Assembly (NCBI GenBank): GCA_027491395.1
Contig: JAOZFI010000039.1
Location: forward strand, 1 to 64,000
Source of the DNA: Thermoproteota archaeon
GTDB taxonomy: Archaea; Korarchaeota; Korarchaeia; Korarchaeales; Korarchaeaceae
Direction: 5' to 3'
DNA length: 64,000 nucleotides
In this document: in pieces, positions 38,957-48,381 of the stretch
Numbering within the stretch: position 1 is the first letter of the stretch
Layout: each line of letters begins with the position of its first letter
Translations under genes and position numbers: made by a program
Notes under the pieces: model-generated
The model's input: the letters and a program-made list of their open reading frames with translations, nothing else
What the model was told of the DNA's origin: nothing
Databases searched by the model: none

Positions 38957-40294
38957 TCAGGGCTGCTCGTAGAAGGTCGTGGCCTTAGTAGTTCCATCAT
39001 ATTTGCCGATGGTCTTGAAGGTCCACTGACCGTCCACTATCCTTGGGGCCACGATGTCGTAGATAGGTACGGCAGCATCGCCGTACTCATCGAGCAGCTT
39101 CCATCCGGTCACGCCGTAGAAGTGCTTGCTTATGTAAGGAACTAGCTTCTGGAACACCCTGCCATCGTACTTGTGAGCCACGAGCACGGTCAGGCCAGCT
39201 ACCCAGGCAGCATCATAAGCATAGAACGCGTAGGTGCTGGCCTCGGGGGACTCACCGAACCTCTTGGTGTACTTCTCTATGAACTCCTTCACTAATGGGT
39301 TTTCCTTGGATCCCACAGCAGGCGTGGTGGCCATGAAGTGCACGCTCTGCAGGAACTTGGCTATGTCCTCCTTGGCCTTGGGAGGCAGGAAGGTAGCCCT
39401 CTTCATGGAGTCAGGTCCGAACCACCTTACCTTGCTAAGCGTAGGGTCGAGCCTTGCAGCCTCGAGAATCTTTATACCGTCATCGTCGAAGGCTATTATG
39501 ACAACGCCGGTCTCAGCATCGGCTCCGAAGTCGGCCACAGCAGCGCTAGCCCTCTCCACATCGGCGGAGAGGTCGGGCTGAGTGTGGTCATATATTATCT
39601 TAACGACCTGACCTCCGAGCTTCTTGAAGTTCTCCTCTATCAGGTCGGCGAGACCCTTGCCGTAGTCATCGCTCCTAGCCATTATAACAAGCTTCTTTAT
39701 TCCCTGATCCCATATTATCTTGGCCAGAGCGGGACCTTGGTACTTGTCAGGGGACGGCATCCTGAAGCAGTAATCGTTCTTGACCATAGCAGCAGTTCCG
39801 GTGCTGCTCGGACTTATAGCGGTCATGTGGTGGGACTTGGCGTAGTCAAGTATGGCCTTACACTCGCTGGTAGCGAGCGGGCCAACGACCATCTGCACGC
39901 CAGCGGATGCGAGCTTCTCGTAGGCGGCAATAGCACCCTCAGCAGAGGTCTTGGTGTCCTCGTGGATGTATTTGAGTCTGACGGGAGAGCCAACCTCCTC
40001 TAGCATAGCGTTTATCTCCTCTATGGCTAGGATTGCCGCGTTTCTCCTCCTAGGACCGTCCACCGCGTAACCTCCAGTGACGGCGATGGCTAATCCGATT
40101 ACATACTCCTTCTGCTCAGGCGCTGCAGCAGTTCCCGTCACGGTGACTGTCTTGGTGACAGTCTGCGCACCGGCACCGCCCACGGTGACGGTAGTGGTGG
40201 ACACGCTCACCTTACCAGGGGCGGCCACATAGCCCAACAGGATTCCTATGATGAATAAGACAATAGAAACTACTCCCCACGCTTTCGAACTCAT
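38957..40294 (-). CDS. Branched-chain amino acid ABC substrate-binding protein (LivK-like, type I PBP)
   Basis: AIEEIN, EDTK, VVGPLATS, ISPSST, DDYGKG, YAYDA. Confidence 0.9.
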   Translation of the reverse strand: MSSKAWGVVSIVLFIIGILLGYVAAPGKVSVSTTTVTVGGAGAQTVTKTVTVTGTAAAPEQKEYVIGLAIAVTGGYAVDGPRRRNAAILAIEEINAMLEEVGSPVRLKYIHEDTKTSAEGAIAAYEKLASAGVQMVVGPLATSECKAILDYAKSHHMTAISPSSTGTAAMVKNDYCFRMPSPDKYQGPALAKIIWDQGIKKLVIMARSDDYGKGLADLIEENFKKLGGQVVKIIYDHTQPDLSADVERASAAVADFGADAETGVVIIAFDDDGIKILEAARLDPTLSKVRWFGPDSMKRATFLPPKAKEDIAKFLQSVHFMATTPAVGSKENPLVKEFIEKYTKRFGESPEASTYAFYAYDAAWVAGLTVLVAHKYDGRVFQKLVPYISKHFYGVTGWKLLDEYGDAAVPIYDIVAPRIVDGQWTFKTIGKYDGTTKATTFYEQP

Positions 40295-40711
40295 TTACTC
40301 ACCCCTTACAGGGCTTCTTAGGGAGCCTAGCGGTATTCCCCATTCTGATACTCTTAAAATTTACGGTAAAAGTATGAATGAGGCCATAAGCAGGCTCCTC
40401 TTTTGAATGGATTAAAATAAATTGACAAAGGTCACTATCCAAAAATTACGTTGACATTTCCATCAATGACTTGAAGACGACGTCATTAAGTCCTAGAACG
40501 GCCGTTTTTATGGTATGACCTTCAGGATACTATAACACCCACATTCCCCTCTAACTAATGTAATCTGCCCCTGGATACATGTGCCAAGGCGAAATTGGGA
40601 GGGGCTTCAATTTACGACATGTTGACGATCTTTAGGGGTCTGGAAGGATATCCCACCCCCTTAACTAAAAATAGTTTCCCAACATGGAACATAATATTTT
40701 AACACAAAGGA

Positions 40712-41599
40712 TCAAGGACTCTTCGCTTGATCAGAGTGAGATCTGAGCCTTCTGTAACCGATCCAAGCCAAGGACGCGACTAGCAAGGGTATCGCTAGGA
40801 AAGCGGTTCCGACCACCAAGATATATATGGAACCCATCAGAGCCCTGCCCGCATCCTCAATTACCTTATCCCAGAAGCTCTTTTCCGTCGTGCCAGCTCC
40901 TCTCTTCTGGAGATTCACGTTAACGGTGGCGTAGTCCACCCTATTCCTCATGCTCTCCCTTATCGCCTCCAGCCTCTCTATTCTCTCCCTGACAGCTGAA
41001 AGGCGATCCTCTATCTCAAGAATATCTCTCACATTCTCTGCCTTGTTCAGAAGATCCAGTAACCTCTGCTCTTCAGCCCTAGCGTTCCTCAACCTAGCCT
41101 CCAGATCAACGAGAGCATCCGTCAGATCCACCGTGTTTATCTCCTCCAGTTTCACCTCACCCAAGGACCTGAGCTGAGGGAGCGCGTCGTCCAGGTTGCT
41201 CTTGGGTATCTTGATGGTGAGATATCCCCCGTCCTTAGTCACACTGGAGTGCTTAACGTAGCCACCCAGCGAGTAGGTTAGTTGTGCCACCTTATTTGCC
41301 GCATTCCTCACATCCTCTACTTCTAAGGCCATGGAAACCGTGATAGAGATGTCCCTACCGACCTCAAACGTTCCCGGGATGAAATCAGTCCCAGCTGAGG
41401 ACTTGCCGTACTCCCCAGCAATAGCGGTCGTTCTGACGGTCTCTGGTTGGGGAGCCACGGGACCGTAGCCACCCTTCCCCTTCAACATTTCTCTGGTTCT
41501 TCCTCCTTGGAACTCCCTCTCTATTTTCGGATAGTAGATATATCCCGCCACGATCAGCGTGAGAAAGATTAACACCGCCACTAAATACCTCTTATTCAT
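40712..41599 (-). CDS. DUF4349-family membrane-anchored protein
   Basis: N-terminal TM, GGYV, DLTDALVDLEARL, ILEIEDRLSAVRERIE, VDYATV, C-terminal TM; start trimmed to ATG 41599. Confidence 0.82.
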   Translation of the reverse strand: MNKRYLVAVLIFLTLIVAGYIYYPKIEREFQGGRTREMLKGKGGYGPVAPQPETVRTTAIAGEYGKSSAGTDFIPGTFEVGRDISITVSMALEVEDVRNAANKVAQLTYSLGGYVKHSSVTKDGGYLTIKIPKSNLDDALPQLRSLGEVKLEEINTVDLTDALVDLEARLRNARAEEQRLLDLLNKAENVRDILEIEDRLSAVRERIERLEAIRESMRNRVDYATVNVNLQKRGAGTTEKSFWDKVIEDAGRALMGSIYILVVGTAFLAIPLLVASLAWIGYRRLRSHSDQAKSP

Positions 41600-41672
41600 A
41601 CAGTCCCCGAACATAGGCAACTCATTCAACCTAAAAAGGGAGGGGAAAAGGTTCAATGGAAATTGAACCATT

Positions 41673-42539
41673 CTATTCCAAAATATTTGGATGGAACAAG
41701 AGGTGATCGGCCGCAACGGTCAGGACCTTCCCCCCGCACTCCTTCAACATCTCCTTAGCCACCTTGTAGTGAGCACCCGTTGACATTCCTCCGAGCACCC
41801 CCTTCTCCGCCAACCTCTTTGCCCATGAGATCGCCTCATCGGGACTTACAGCTCTAACTTCATCCACGATGGACAGGTCTAGGTTTTCGGGTATGTGGAA
41901 GGAGTCGTAACCATCGATCTCTCCCTTGAACTCCCCCTCTATCCCGAACTTCTTGGCGATCTCCGAACCTACTGGCGTAACTGCAATTATTCTTGTATCA
42001 TACTCCTCCTTGAGTGTACGGCCGACGCCCGTGATCGTCCCACCCGTCCCCACTCCCATGACGAAGACATCTACCTTTCCAACCTGCTCGATTATCTCGC
42101 GGGCCATGCTCTCCTGTCCCCGAGGATTCGCAGGATTTGAGTCTTGCATGAGGAAGTGAGCATCTCTTTCCCTCTGTATCCTCTCAGCGACGGAGAATAT
42201 ACTTCTAGGATCATCAGGAGGGACGTTGGGGCAGAGAGTGACGTGAGCACCTAGCCTCCTCATCAGAGATATCTTAACGGGACTGGCAGTTTCCTTAGCC
42301 ACTATGTAGACCTCAAATCCCATCAATTTACCGTAAAAGGATAGGGCAACACCTGTACTCCCACTTGTGGCCTCTACTATTGCTCCTCCTATCCCCTTCC
42401 TGTCAATGAGATCTAACAGCATAGACACGGCCATCCTGTCCTTGTGACTGCCTCCCGGATTCAGGTATTCAAGCTTGAATAGGATGCCATCTACCTCAAC
42501 AACCGGAGTGTTCCCGATCTGCTCCCAGAGTTCAGCCAT
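41673..42539 (-). CDS. Cysteine synthase / cystathionine beta-synthase family PLP enzyme
   Basis: IGNTP, KLEYLNPGGSHKDR, EATSGSTG, GVGTGGTITG, GMSTGA. Confidence 0.9.
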   Translation of the reverse strand: MAELWEQIGNTPVVEVDGILFKLEYLNPGGSHKDRMAVSMLLDLIDRKGIGGAIVEATSGSTGVALSFYGKLMGFEVYIVAKETASPVKISLMRRLGAHVTLCPNVPPDDPRSIFSVAERIQRERDAHFLMQDSNPANPRGQESMAREIIEQVGKVDVFVMGVGTGGTITGVGRTLKEEYDTRIIAVTPVGSEIAKKFGIEGEFKGEIDGYDSFHIPENLDLSIVDEVRAVSPDEAISWAKRLAEKGVLGGMSTGAHYKVAKEMLKECGGKVLTVAADHLLFHPNILE

Positions 42540-42939
42540 GACGGATCCATGTAGGTGATACGGGCGAATAAATAAAAGGGGAGGCGAATCTTCAGCCAGC
42601 TCTCTTCATGAGTAGTATGGCGGCTGCTACGAAGACAGACAAGATGGGCAATTAGTGGCAACAGAAGACATATCTCCTCCAACTCTGTGTCTATCGGTTA
42701 TTCTAAAGGCATGAACACATCCTTTTGTCTCACAGCTACTGCAGACCGAGGTAATAAATTAAGGTAGTTCATCGATCTTCACTAAAGGATTTAACCACTG
42801 ATTACGTCTAGCTAGGAAGGATATGAGAGATCACAACTCCTTAAAAAATTCTATAAGCCGACAAAACGGGTTTCGGTCGCGCTCTATCTACATCTCGCTA
42901 CCCCCCGCAAAAAAGATTGAAGGGGGGACTAACGAGGTG

Positions 42940-44628
42940 CTAATGAAGCCTCCTCCTCGTTAAGAATATGGTAATTAACGCTAGGATCACAATGAGCGGA
43001 ACGGCTACGAGTAGAGCATTAACCCCTTCTCCTCCCGTCTCAGTAGTAGTCGTTATTTTAGTGACTGGGATACCGGACGTAGCTGCTCCAGTTTTGGATT
43101 TGGTAGTAGTCGAGGAGCCAGCAGCTCTTGTGGTTTTGGTTGTGGCAGGAGCACTTGAGGTAGCTTTAACCTGTTCACCTTCCAAGACCCTCACTCCCAA
43201 CGACAGATTGGTTTCATATCCCCCACCTTGGGCCATCAGTAGGAGGGTGTGATCCCCTAGGGGTGCGTCAGCAGAAGCCCTGACGGTTACCTCTGTCTTA
43301 AAGGGTGGAACACCATCCTCTGGATCGAAGGAGAGATTTAGGCCTTCGGGCGTTTCCGCTCTCAGATGAACTTTCGACCAGAACTTGCCTCTAGGAATTA
43401 GATTAATTGAAAATGTTGTTGAGCCACCTCTCTTCACGGAGAGCTTGGTTGTCTCAGGCATGAGGAGGAAGTAGTCCTTTAAAACCTCTTTCTTTTCCTC
43501 CACCACTAATTTGACCGAAGCTCCTGAGAGGGAGAAGTACTCTTCGTCGTACCCGACTGGGACTGGAGAGAACTTGAGAGTATATTCACCCAACTCAGCG
43601 TTCTTACCAACCATCACATAAGATTCGAAAAAAGACCCATTGTCCAGAGGATGAACGTCTACGGTCACGCCATCTCCACCGAGTACCTCGCTTTTCACCT
43701 CTAATTTACCTAGGAATGTGCTATCTACAGCGATACGAAAACTGGTGTTCTCACCTGGATGCATGGTTAGAAGTGATTCGGTCATGGCTCTGAGGCTCAC
43801 AGAGGGGCCTGTGAAGTTTATCATGAGGACTGGCGTGTACTCCGGAACATTTCTCTTTTCAGTTAACTCTTTACTATAGAATTTCGCATAATATTGCGCT
43901 TCCTTTCTCAGGAACTCGTAGCTCTTGGCCTCAGCAGCTCCTCCCCCTCTGTAATTCGTGCTAGCTACGACCTCTTCCTCGCGGAAATACCTAGGTGGGT
44001 CTGGAGTTATCAGTATCCCGCAATTGGGCGCCTCTCCCTTCAAAACGCGCCTATAGTAATCAGTGACGTTGAACCTATAATATCCTGTGCTCTTCTGGAA
44101 CTTACCCAAAGTACCTTGATCTAGCAGGGTCTCCTCATGGGTTCCTCCAGCATCCCTCCATCTAGTTCCCTCCAACCTACTGAGCCATGAGACCTCGCTC
44201 TCCCTGAAGCACTCCTCCAGTCCATATATTTTGACGGGTATGCTGTCATAGGGAGTGTAGACATGTAGCTGGAGAATGGCTTCAACTACCTCAGAGCCCG
44301 GGGGTATGCTGCTAAGGTTAAAGTGGAGAAGTATATTCCTCTTATCCTTTACCTTATATATCTGTTTACATTTGATTATTTTATAATTAGGAGGATAACT
44401 GTAATCTATAACTATCTCGCAGTCGTATCTTGAAAGGTACTTGGAAAACCCTATTATCAAATAGTCCTCCAACCCAGCCTTCCAGTTGGATTTATCCTCC
44501 GCAACGTAGGAGTCAGATAGAGCGGGGATCTTCAAGGATGTGTGCTGAGGTTGAGCCGCCAACGGAATCAGGGAAGTGGAGAATACTAGGGAGAACAGCA
44601 GAATGAACCTAAATGAAGGACTGAACAA
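42940..44628 (-). CDS. Cell-surface protein with DNRLRE/CBM96-like domain, Ig-like domains, Thr-rich linker and C-terminal TM
   Basis: Signal peptide, DSYV...LLHFNLSSIPPGSEVVEAILQL...VSW...W..AGG...FNVTD, ADAPLGDH, TM plus RRR. Confidence 0.75.
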   Translation of the reverse strand: MFSPSFRFILLFSLVFSTSLIPLAAQPQHTSLKIPALSDSYVAEDKSNWKAGLEDYLIIGFSKYLSRYDCEIVIDYSYPPNYKIIKCKQIYKVKDKRNILLHFNLSSIPPGSEVVEAILQLHVYTPYDSIPVKIYGLEECFRESEVSWLSRLEGTRWRDAGGTHEETLLDQGTLGKFQKSTGYYRFNVTDYYRRVLKGEAPNCGILITPDPPRYFREEEVVASTNYRGGGAAEAKSYEFLRKEAQYYAKFYSKELTEKRNVPEYTPVLMINFTGPSVSLRAMTESLLTMHPGENTSFRIAVDSTFLGKLEVKSEVLGGDGVTVDVHPLDNGSFFESYVMVGKNAELGEYTLKFSPVPVGYDEEYFSLSGASVKLVVEEKKEVLKDYFLLMPETTKLSVKRGGSTTFSINLIPRGKFWSKVHLRAETPEGLNLSFDPEDGVPPFKTEVTVRASADAPLGDHTLLLMAQGGGYETNLSLGVRVLEGEQVKATSSAPATTKTTRAAGSSTTTKSKTGAATSGIPVTKITTTTETGGEGVNALLVAVPLIVILALITIFLTRRRLH

Positions 44629-44641
44629 ATTACCAGCCCGT

Positions 44642-44660
44642 TTAGTTAACTGTTAACTAA
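44642..44660. promoter_or_regulatory. Perfect 19-bp palindrome, candidate operator
   Basis: TTAGTTAAC-T-GTTAACTAA, 13 nt upstream of the surface-protein start. Confidence 0.5.
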
Positions 44661-44753
44661 CTTATTAGCATTACCATTGATTGAATTTATCAAGAAAGGA
44701 GCCCTCATTAGGCAGGTGCGATGATCTCACAAAAAATAAAACGTGATTCCTCA

Positions 44754-45374
44754 CTAATTGCTGGCTTCAAGGATAGCTAAGCTGACTGCGAGCGCTGCCA
44801 GCTTAGATTCCGTTTGTGATTTACCTAAACCGATCACTAATAGGTCCCCCTCCGAGGGATGAAACGCTTCCTTGAGGGTAAACTCGTCCGCTGATCTATA
44901 CCTGCCTAATGACTCCATGGTCTCAGGAAAGAGTAGCTGTCCGTCCTTGGTCATAAGGATGATAGCTCCCCTCCCTCCAGCCCTTACCGCCTCATCCCTG
45001 AGCTCAACGACATTGATTTTAGATCCGTAAGGAGGCCTCACCAAAAATGCGATCACCTTACCCTTCACGAGATCTCGGAGATACAACTCCGTTGGGCCCT
45101 TCAGAAACTTTCTCAGTTCCTTGATTATCCTTAGACCCTTTTCCGTTAGGTAACATCCCCCCTTGTCCACTTCCAGATACCCAGATTCCCTGAGCCTCCT
45201 TATGAGGCTTCTCACACTTCCCTCTCCAATATCCATGAGATCAGCGAGCCTCTTCCTCCCAATGGGCCCTTCTTCTAGGAGCAGTAGCATCATTATCGCG
45301 TGTATTAAATTAAAATTGGGAGCTGGACCGGATAATCGCTTGATAGCATCTTTTAGCTCATCTAATACCCCCAA
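44754..45374 (-). CDS. wHTH transcriptional regulator with DUF4443-like C-terminal domain
   Basis: GPIGRKRLADLMDIGEGSVRSLIRRL...LTEKG, then ELRDEAVRAGGRGA. Confidence 0.8.
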   Translation of the reverse strand: MGVLDELKDAIKRLSGPAPNFNLIHAIMMLLLLEEGPIGRKRLADLMDIGEGSVRSLIRRLRESGYLEVDKGGCYLTEKGLRIIKELRKFLKGPTELYLRDLVKGKVIAFLVRPPYGSKINVVELRDEAVRAGGRGAIILMTKDGQLLFPETMESLGRYRSADEFTLKEAFHPSEGDLLVIGLGKSQTESKLAALAVSLAILEASN

Positions 45375-45445
45375 TTTGATCCGAGAAACTCCAGTAAACT
45401 TTATTAAATAACTTTTTGGATGGATAATCCATCCAAGGTGATTGG

Positions 45446-45886
45446 ATGGGAGAGAGGTCTTGGAAGGTCTTATCCCTTCTCCTCCTCGTATGGGCGGTAG
45501 TTGCCACTACACTCTACGTCAGCACAACTATAAGCGCCGAAAAAATGGAGAATCAGCTAATTACCGTGAACATAGGTCTCAAATACAGGGATGGGAGGAT
45601 AGAATGGCACAACTCCACGAAAGTGCCCTCAGGGAGTACCTTGCTTGACGCCACGGAGGTGGTGGCAAATGTCAATTATACGGTCTACCCAGGGATGGGC
45701 GCCTTCATAAACTCAATAAACGGTGTTAGGAACGAGAAACCGTACTACTGGATGTGGTGGACATGGAACCCATCGATGGGATGGACTCTCGGACCGGTGG
45801 CAGCGGACAAGTACGTCCTCTCGAACGGGGAAACCGTACTGTGGTACTATGAGGACACTAGCAAGTACCCTCCAACTAAACCGTAA
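45446..45886 (+). CDS. DUF4430-family membrane-anchored protein (transcobalamin C-terminal-like)
   Basis: N-terminal TM, GSTLLDA, GAFINSINGV, YWMWW, ADKYVLSNGETVLWYY. Confidence 0.82.
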   Translation: MGERSWKVLSLLLLVWAVVATTLYVSTTISAEKMENQLITVNIGLKYRDGRIEWHNSTKVPSGSTLLDATEVVANVNYTVYPGMGAFINSINGVRNEKPYYWMWWTWNPSMGWTLGPVAADKYVLSNGETVLWYYEDTSKYPPTKP

Positions 45887-45924
45887 ACCCTTCTTTTCAT
45901 TATTGCCGCAGTTGAGCGGCTTCC

Positions 45925-46137
45925 TTAGGGAGCCGCTAGGAATGCAATAATCCCGAAGGTAGCTGCCGTTAACCCAGTCATCAAGTGGATCAATCTGATA
46001 TACTGGGAGAACCTCCTGAGCTTCTTTGGTATTACTAGAAGGACCATCCCCGTGATCAGCGTTCCGATGCCGTACCACAAGGCGAGGTAGCCAAGTCCGT
46101 GGTGATCGAACACCAGGCCCTCGAGCACGAACATCAT
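45925..46137 (-). CDS. Small 2-TM protein
   Basis: ATGA overlap with the upstream nitroreductase stop; two hydrophobic helices. Confidence 0.65.
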   Translation of the reverse strand: MMFVLEGLVFDHHGLGYLALWYGIGTLITGMVLLVIPKKLRRFSQYIRLIHLMTGLTAATFGIIAFLAAP

Positions 46138-46862
46138 ACCTTCCTCCCAACTGGAAACAGGTATAGAGGGTCTTCAGGACAGCTGACGATGTTCCTGACC
46201 TCTTCATCGTAAAATGCTCCCACAGCAACCGTACCTAGTCCGAGAGAGGTCGCTTGCAGATATATGTTCTGACCCACATGCCCAGCCTCCATGTAAACGT
46301 ATCTGATGCCCCTCTCTCCGTATACCGACACTGTCCTCTCGAAGTCAGCTGCGATGATTATGCATACAGGAGCATCCTCGACCCATCTCTGACCCAACGC
46401 TGCCTTGGCCAGATCCCTCGAGAAATCTCCTGATTTCATTAAGTGGAGAAGGTGTCCGAAGGGTTCGTATCGATAGATCCCCGGGGGCAATCCTTCCACG
46501 CCTCCCTCCTTAACTGATACGTAGATCACAAGAGGATAGGTTGCCCCCGCACTGGGAGCCGCCCTGAAACCCTTCCGGGTGAAGGTGACTCCTTGGGCAG
46601 CCCAAAGCAACTGACCAATCTCCTCCAAGGTGAGTGGCTCCCTTAAGTAACTCCTTACGGACCTCCTCTTGTATATGGCCTCCTCTAAGCTCATCTCACC
46701 GCTCAAATTTGGTTCAGGAAGCGCAATATAGCTCTCCTCAATCCCTACGAACTCCGATGAGGGTCTGTACTTCACTGCACCAGTGTATAGGGCTAAGTAA
46801 ATGCTTATACCGATGAAAAGCAGGGTGAGGGGAATACTCCTATGTGCCGGAGGATATCTCAT
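46134..46862 (-). CDS. SagB/ThcOx-family FMN nitroreductase with N-terminal TM
   Basis: RRSVRSY, LLWAAQG, RAAPSAGATYP, YGERGIRY, EAGHVGQN, VGAF; start trimmed to ATG 46862. Confidence 0.9.
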   Translation of the reverse strand: MRYPPAHRSIPLTLLFIGISIYLALYTGAVKYRPSSEFVGIEESYIALPEPNLSGEMSLEEAIYKRRSVRSYLREPLTLEEIGQLLWAAQGVTFTRKGFRAAPSAGATYPLVIYVSVKEGGVEGLPPGIYRYEPFGHLLHLMKSGDFSRDLAKAALGQRWVEDAPVCIIIAADFERTVSVYGERGIRYVYMEAGHVGQNIYLQATSLGLGTVAVGAFYDEEVRNIVSCPEDPLYLFPVGRKV

Positions 46863-46949
46863 CCCTACTTTCCCCATAAGCTGGGGAAAAATATGTCTAC
46901 CCAAACTTTTTAACTTCTGACCATTCAAAGGGGCCGGTGCTGCCCATGG

Positions 46950-48374
46950 GTGACGGCCTTTGCTGAGATAAGGGTCTATAACACCTTGTCCAAATCGCTC
47001 GAGAAGTTCGTCCCTCTTCACGGTAAAAGGGTTTTCATGTTCGTGTGCGGTCCAACAGTATACGATTACTCACACTTAGGCCACGCAAGGACTTACGTGT
47101 TCTACGATACACTAGCTAGGTTCCTAAGGAAGATGGACTATTCGCTCTTCTATCTCCAGAACATAACCGACGTGGACGATAAGATCGTGAACAGGGCTAG
47201 GGATGAGGGTAGGCATCCATTGGAGCTAGCTAGGGAATTTGAACGATATTACCACGAGGACATGGCCGCGTTGAACGTTACGAGCGTTAATCTTTACGCG
47301 AGGGCCTCAGATTACCTCCCTGAGATCTTCGAGCAAATCAAGGTACTCCTAGAGAAGGGCCACGCCTACTTGACGGGGACCGGCGTGTACTTCGACATAA
47401 CTACCTTCCCCGATTATGGGAAGCTGTCAGGTCAGAGGCCTGAGGAGCTCAGGGTTCACAGGATAGAGCCAGACCCAACCAAGAGGAACCCCGGAGACTT
47501 CGCATTGTGGAGAAATAGGCCGAGGGAAGAGTTCGGGTGGGAGTCGCCATGGGGGTATGGGAGGCCCGGATGGCACATTGAGGACACGGCGATATCGATA
47601 AAGCACTTCGGGAGGCAATATGACATACATGGAGGGGCTATAGAACTGGCTTTTCCCCATCATGAGGCGGAAATAGCTCAAGCCGAGAGTTATACGGGAG
47701 TTAAACCGTTCGTCAAGTACTGGATCCACACGGGTCTGCTTACAGTCGAGGGGGAGAAGATGTCCAAGTCTTTGGGCAATTTCGTGACCATAAGAGAGGC
47801 TCTGAAGGAGTACGATCCCAATGTGCTCAGGATATTTCTCCTATCGAGGCATTACCGCTCTCCCATCGACTTTAGGTGGGAACTCTTGGATCAGGCGAAG
47901 AGCAGCTACGAGAGGATATTGAACGGATACGGAAACCTCATGGACATGGATATCGTGGAGGAGGCGGGTGAACGCGAAGCTATTTTCTTGGAGGAGGTCG
48001 GCAGGATTAGGCGTAGATTCTTCGAGGCGATGATGGACGACCTGAATACAGCTGAAGCTTTGGCTCAGCTCTTCGAGCTGGTGAGGGCCGTGAACTCTTA
48101 CTACGAAGAGGGGGGCCAGATCACAGCTGTGGGCAGGACAGAGGTGATCTCGGCCTTCACAGATATGTTCGATGTGTTGGGGCTGAGAATGGGGAGGGGC
48201 TACGATGAGTCAATGCTCCGCAATCTCGTCAGCATCCTGATAGACGTAAGGGCCGTCCTCAGGAGGAGGAAAGAATACGATCTCGCGGATGAAATAAGGG
48301 CCAGACTTAGGGAGATAGGTATAGAGCTACAGGATACCCCAGAAGGAACGAAGTGGAGGATAAAGAAGAGTTAG
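46950..48374 (+). CDS. cysS: Cysteine--tRNA ligase
   Basis: CGPTVYDYSHLGH, NITDVDDK, GRPGWHIE, FPHHE, KMSKS. Confidence 0.97.
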   Translation: MTAFAEIRVYNTLSKSLEKFVPLHGKRVFMFVCGPTVYDYSHLGHARTYVFYDTLARFLRKMDYSLFYLQNITDVDDKIVNRARDEGRHPLELAREFERYYHEDMAALNVTSVNLYARASDYLPEIFEQIKVLLEKGHAYLTGTGVYFDITTFPDYGKLSGQRPEELRVHRIEPDPTKRNPGDFALWRNRPREEFGWESPWGYGRPGWHIEDTAISIKHFGRQYDIHGGAIELAFPHHEAEIAQAESYTGVKPFVKYWIHTGLLTVEGEKMSKSLGNFVTIREALKEYDPNVLRIFLLSRHYRSPIDFRWELLDQAKSSYERILNGYGNLMDMDIVEEAGEREAIFLEEVGRIRRRFFEAMMDDLNTAEALAQLFELVRAVNSYYEEGGQITAVGRTEVISAFTDMFDVLGLRMGRGYDESMLRNLVSILIDVRAVLRRRKEYDLADEIRARLREIGIELQDTPEGTKWRIKKS

Positions 48375-48381
48375 AGTCATG

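Noticed and set aside
46134-46862. SagB-like gene as part of a RiPP (azole peptide) cluster
   Set aside because: No YcaO, E1-like protein or Ser/Cys-rich precursor is nearby; stand-alone SagB-type nitroreductases are common in archaea
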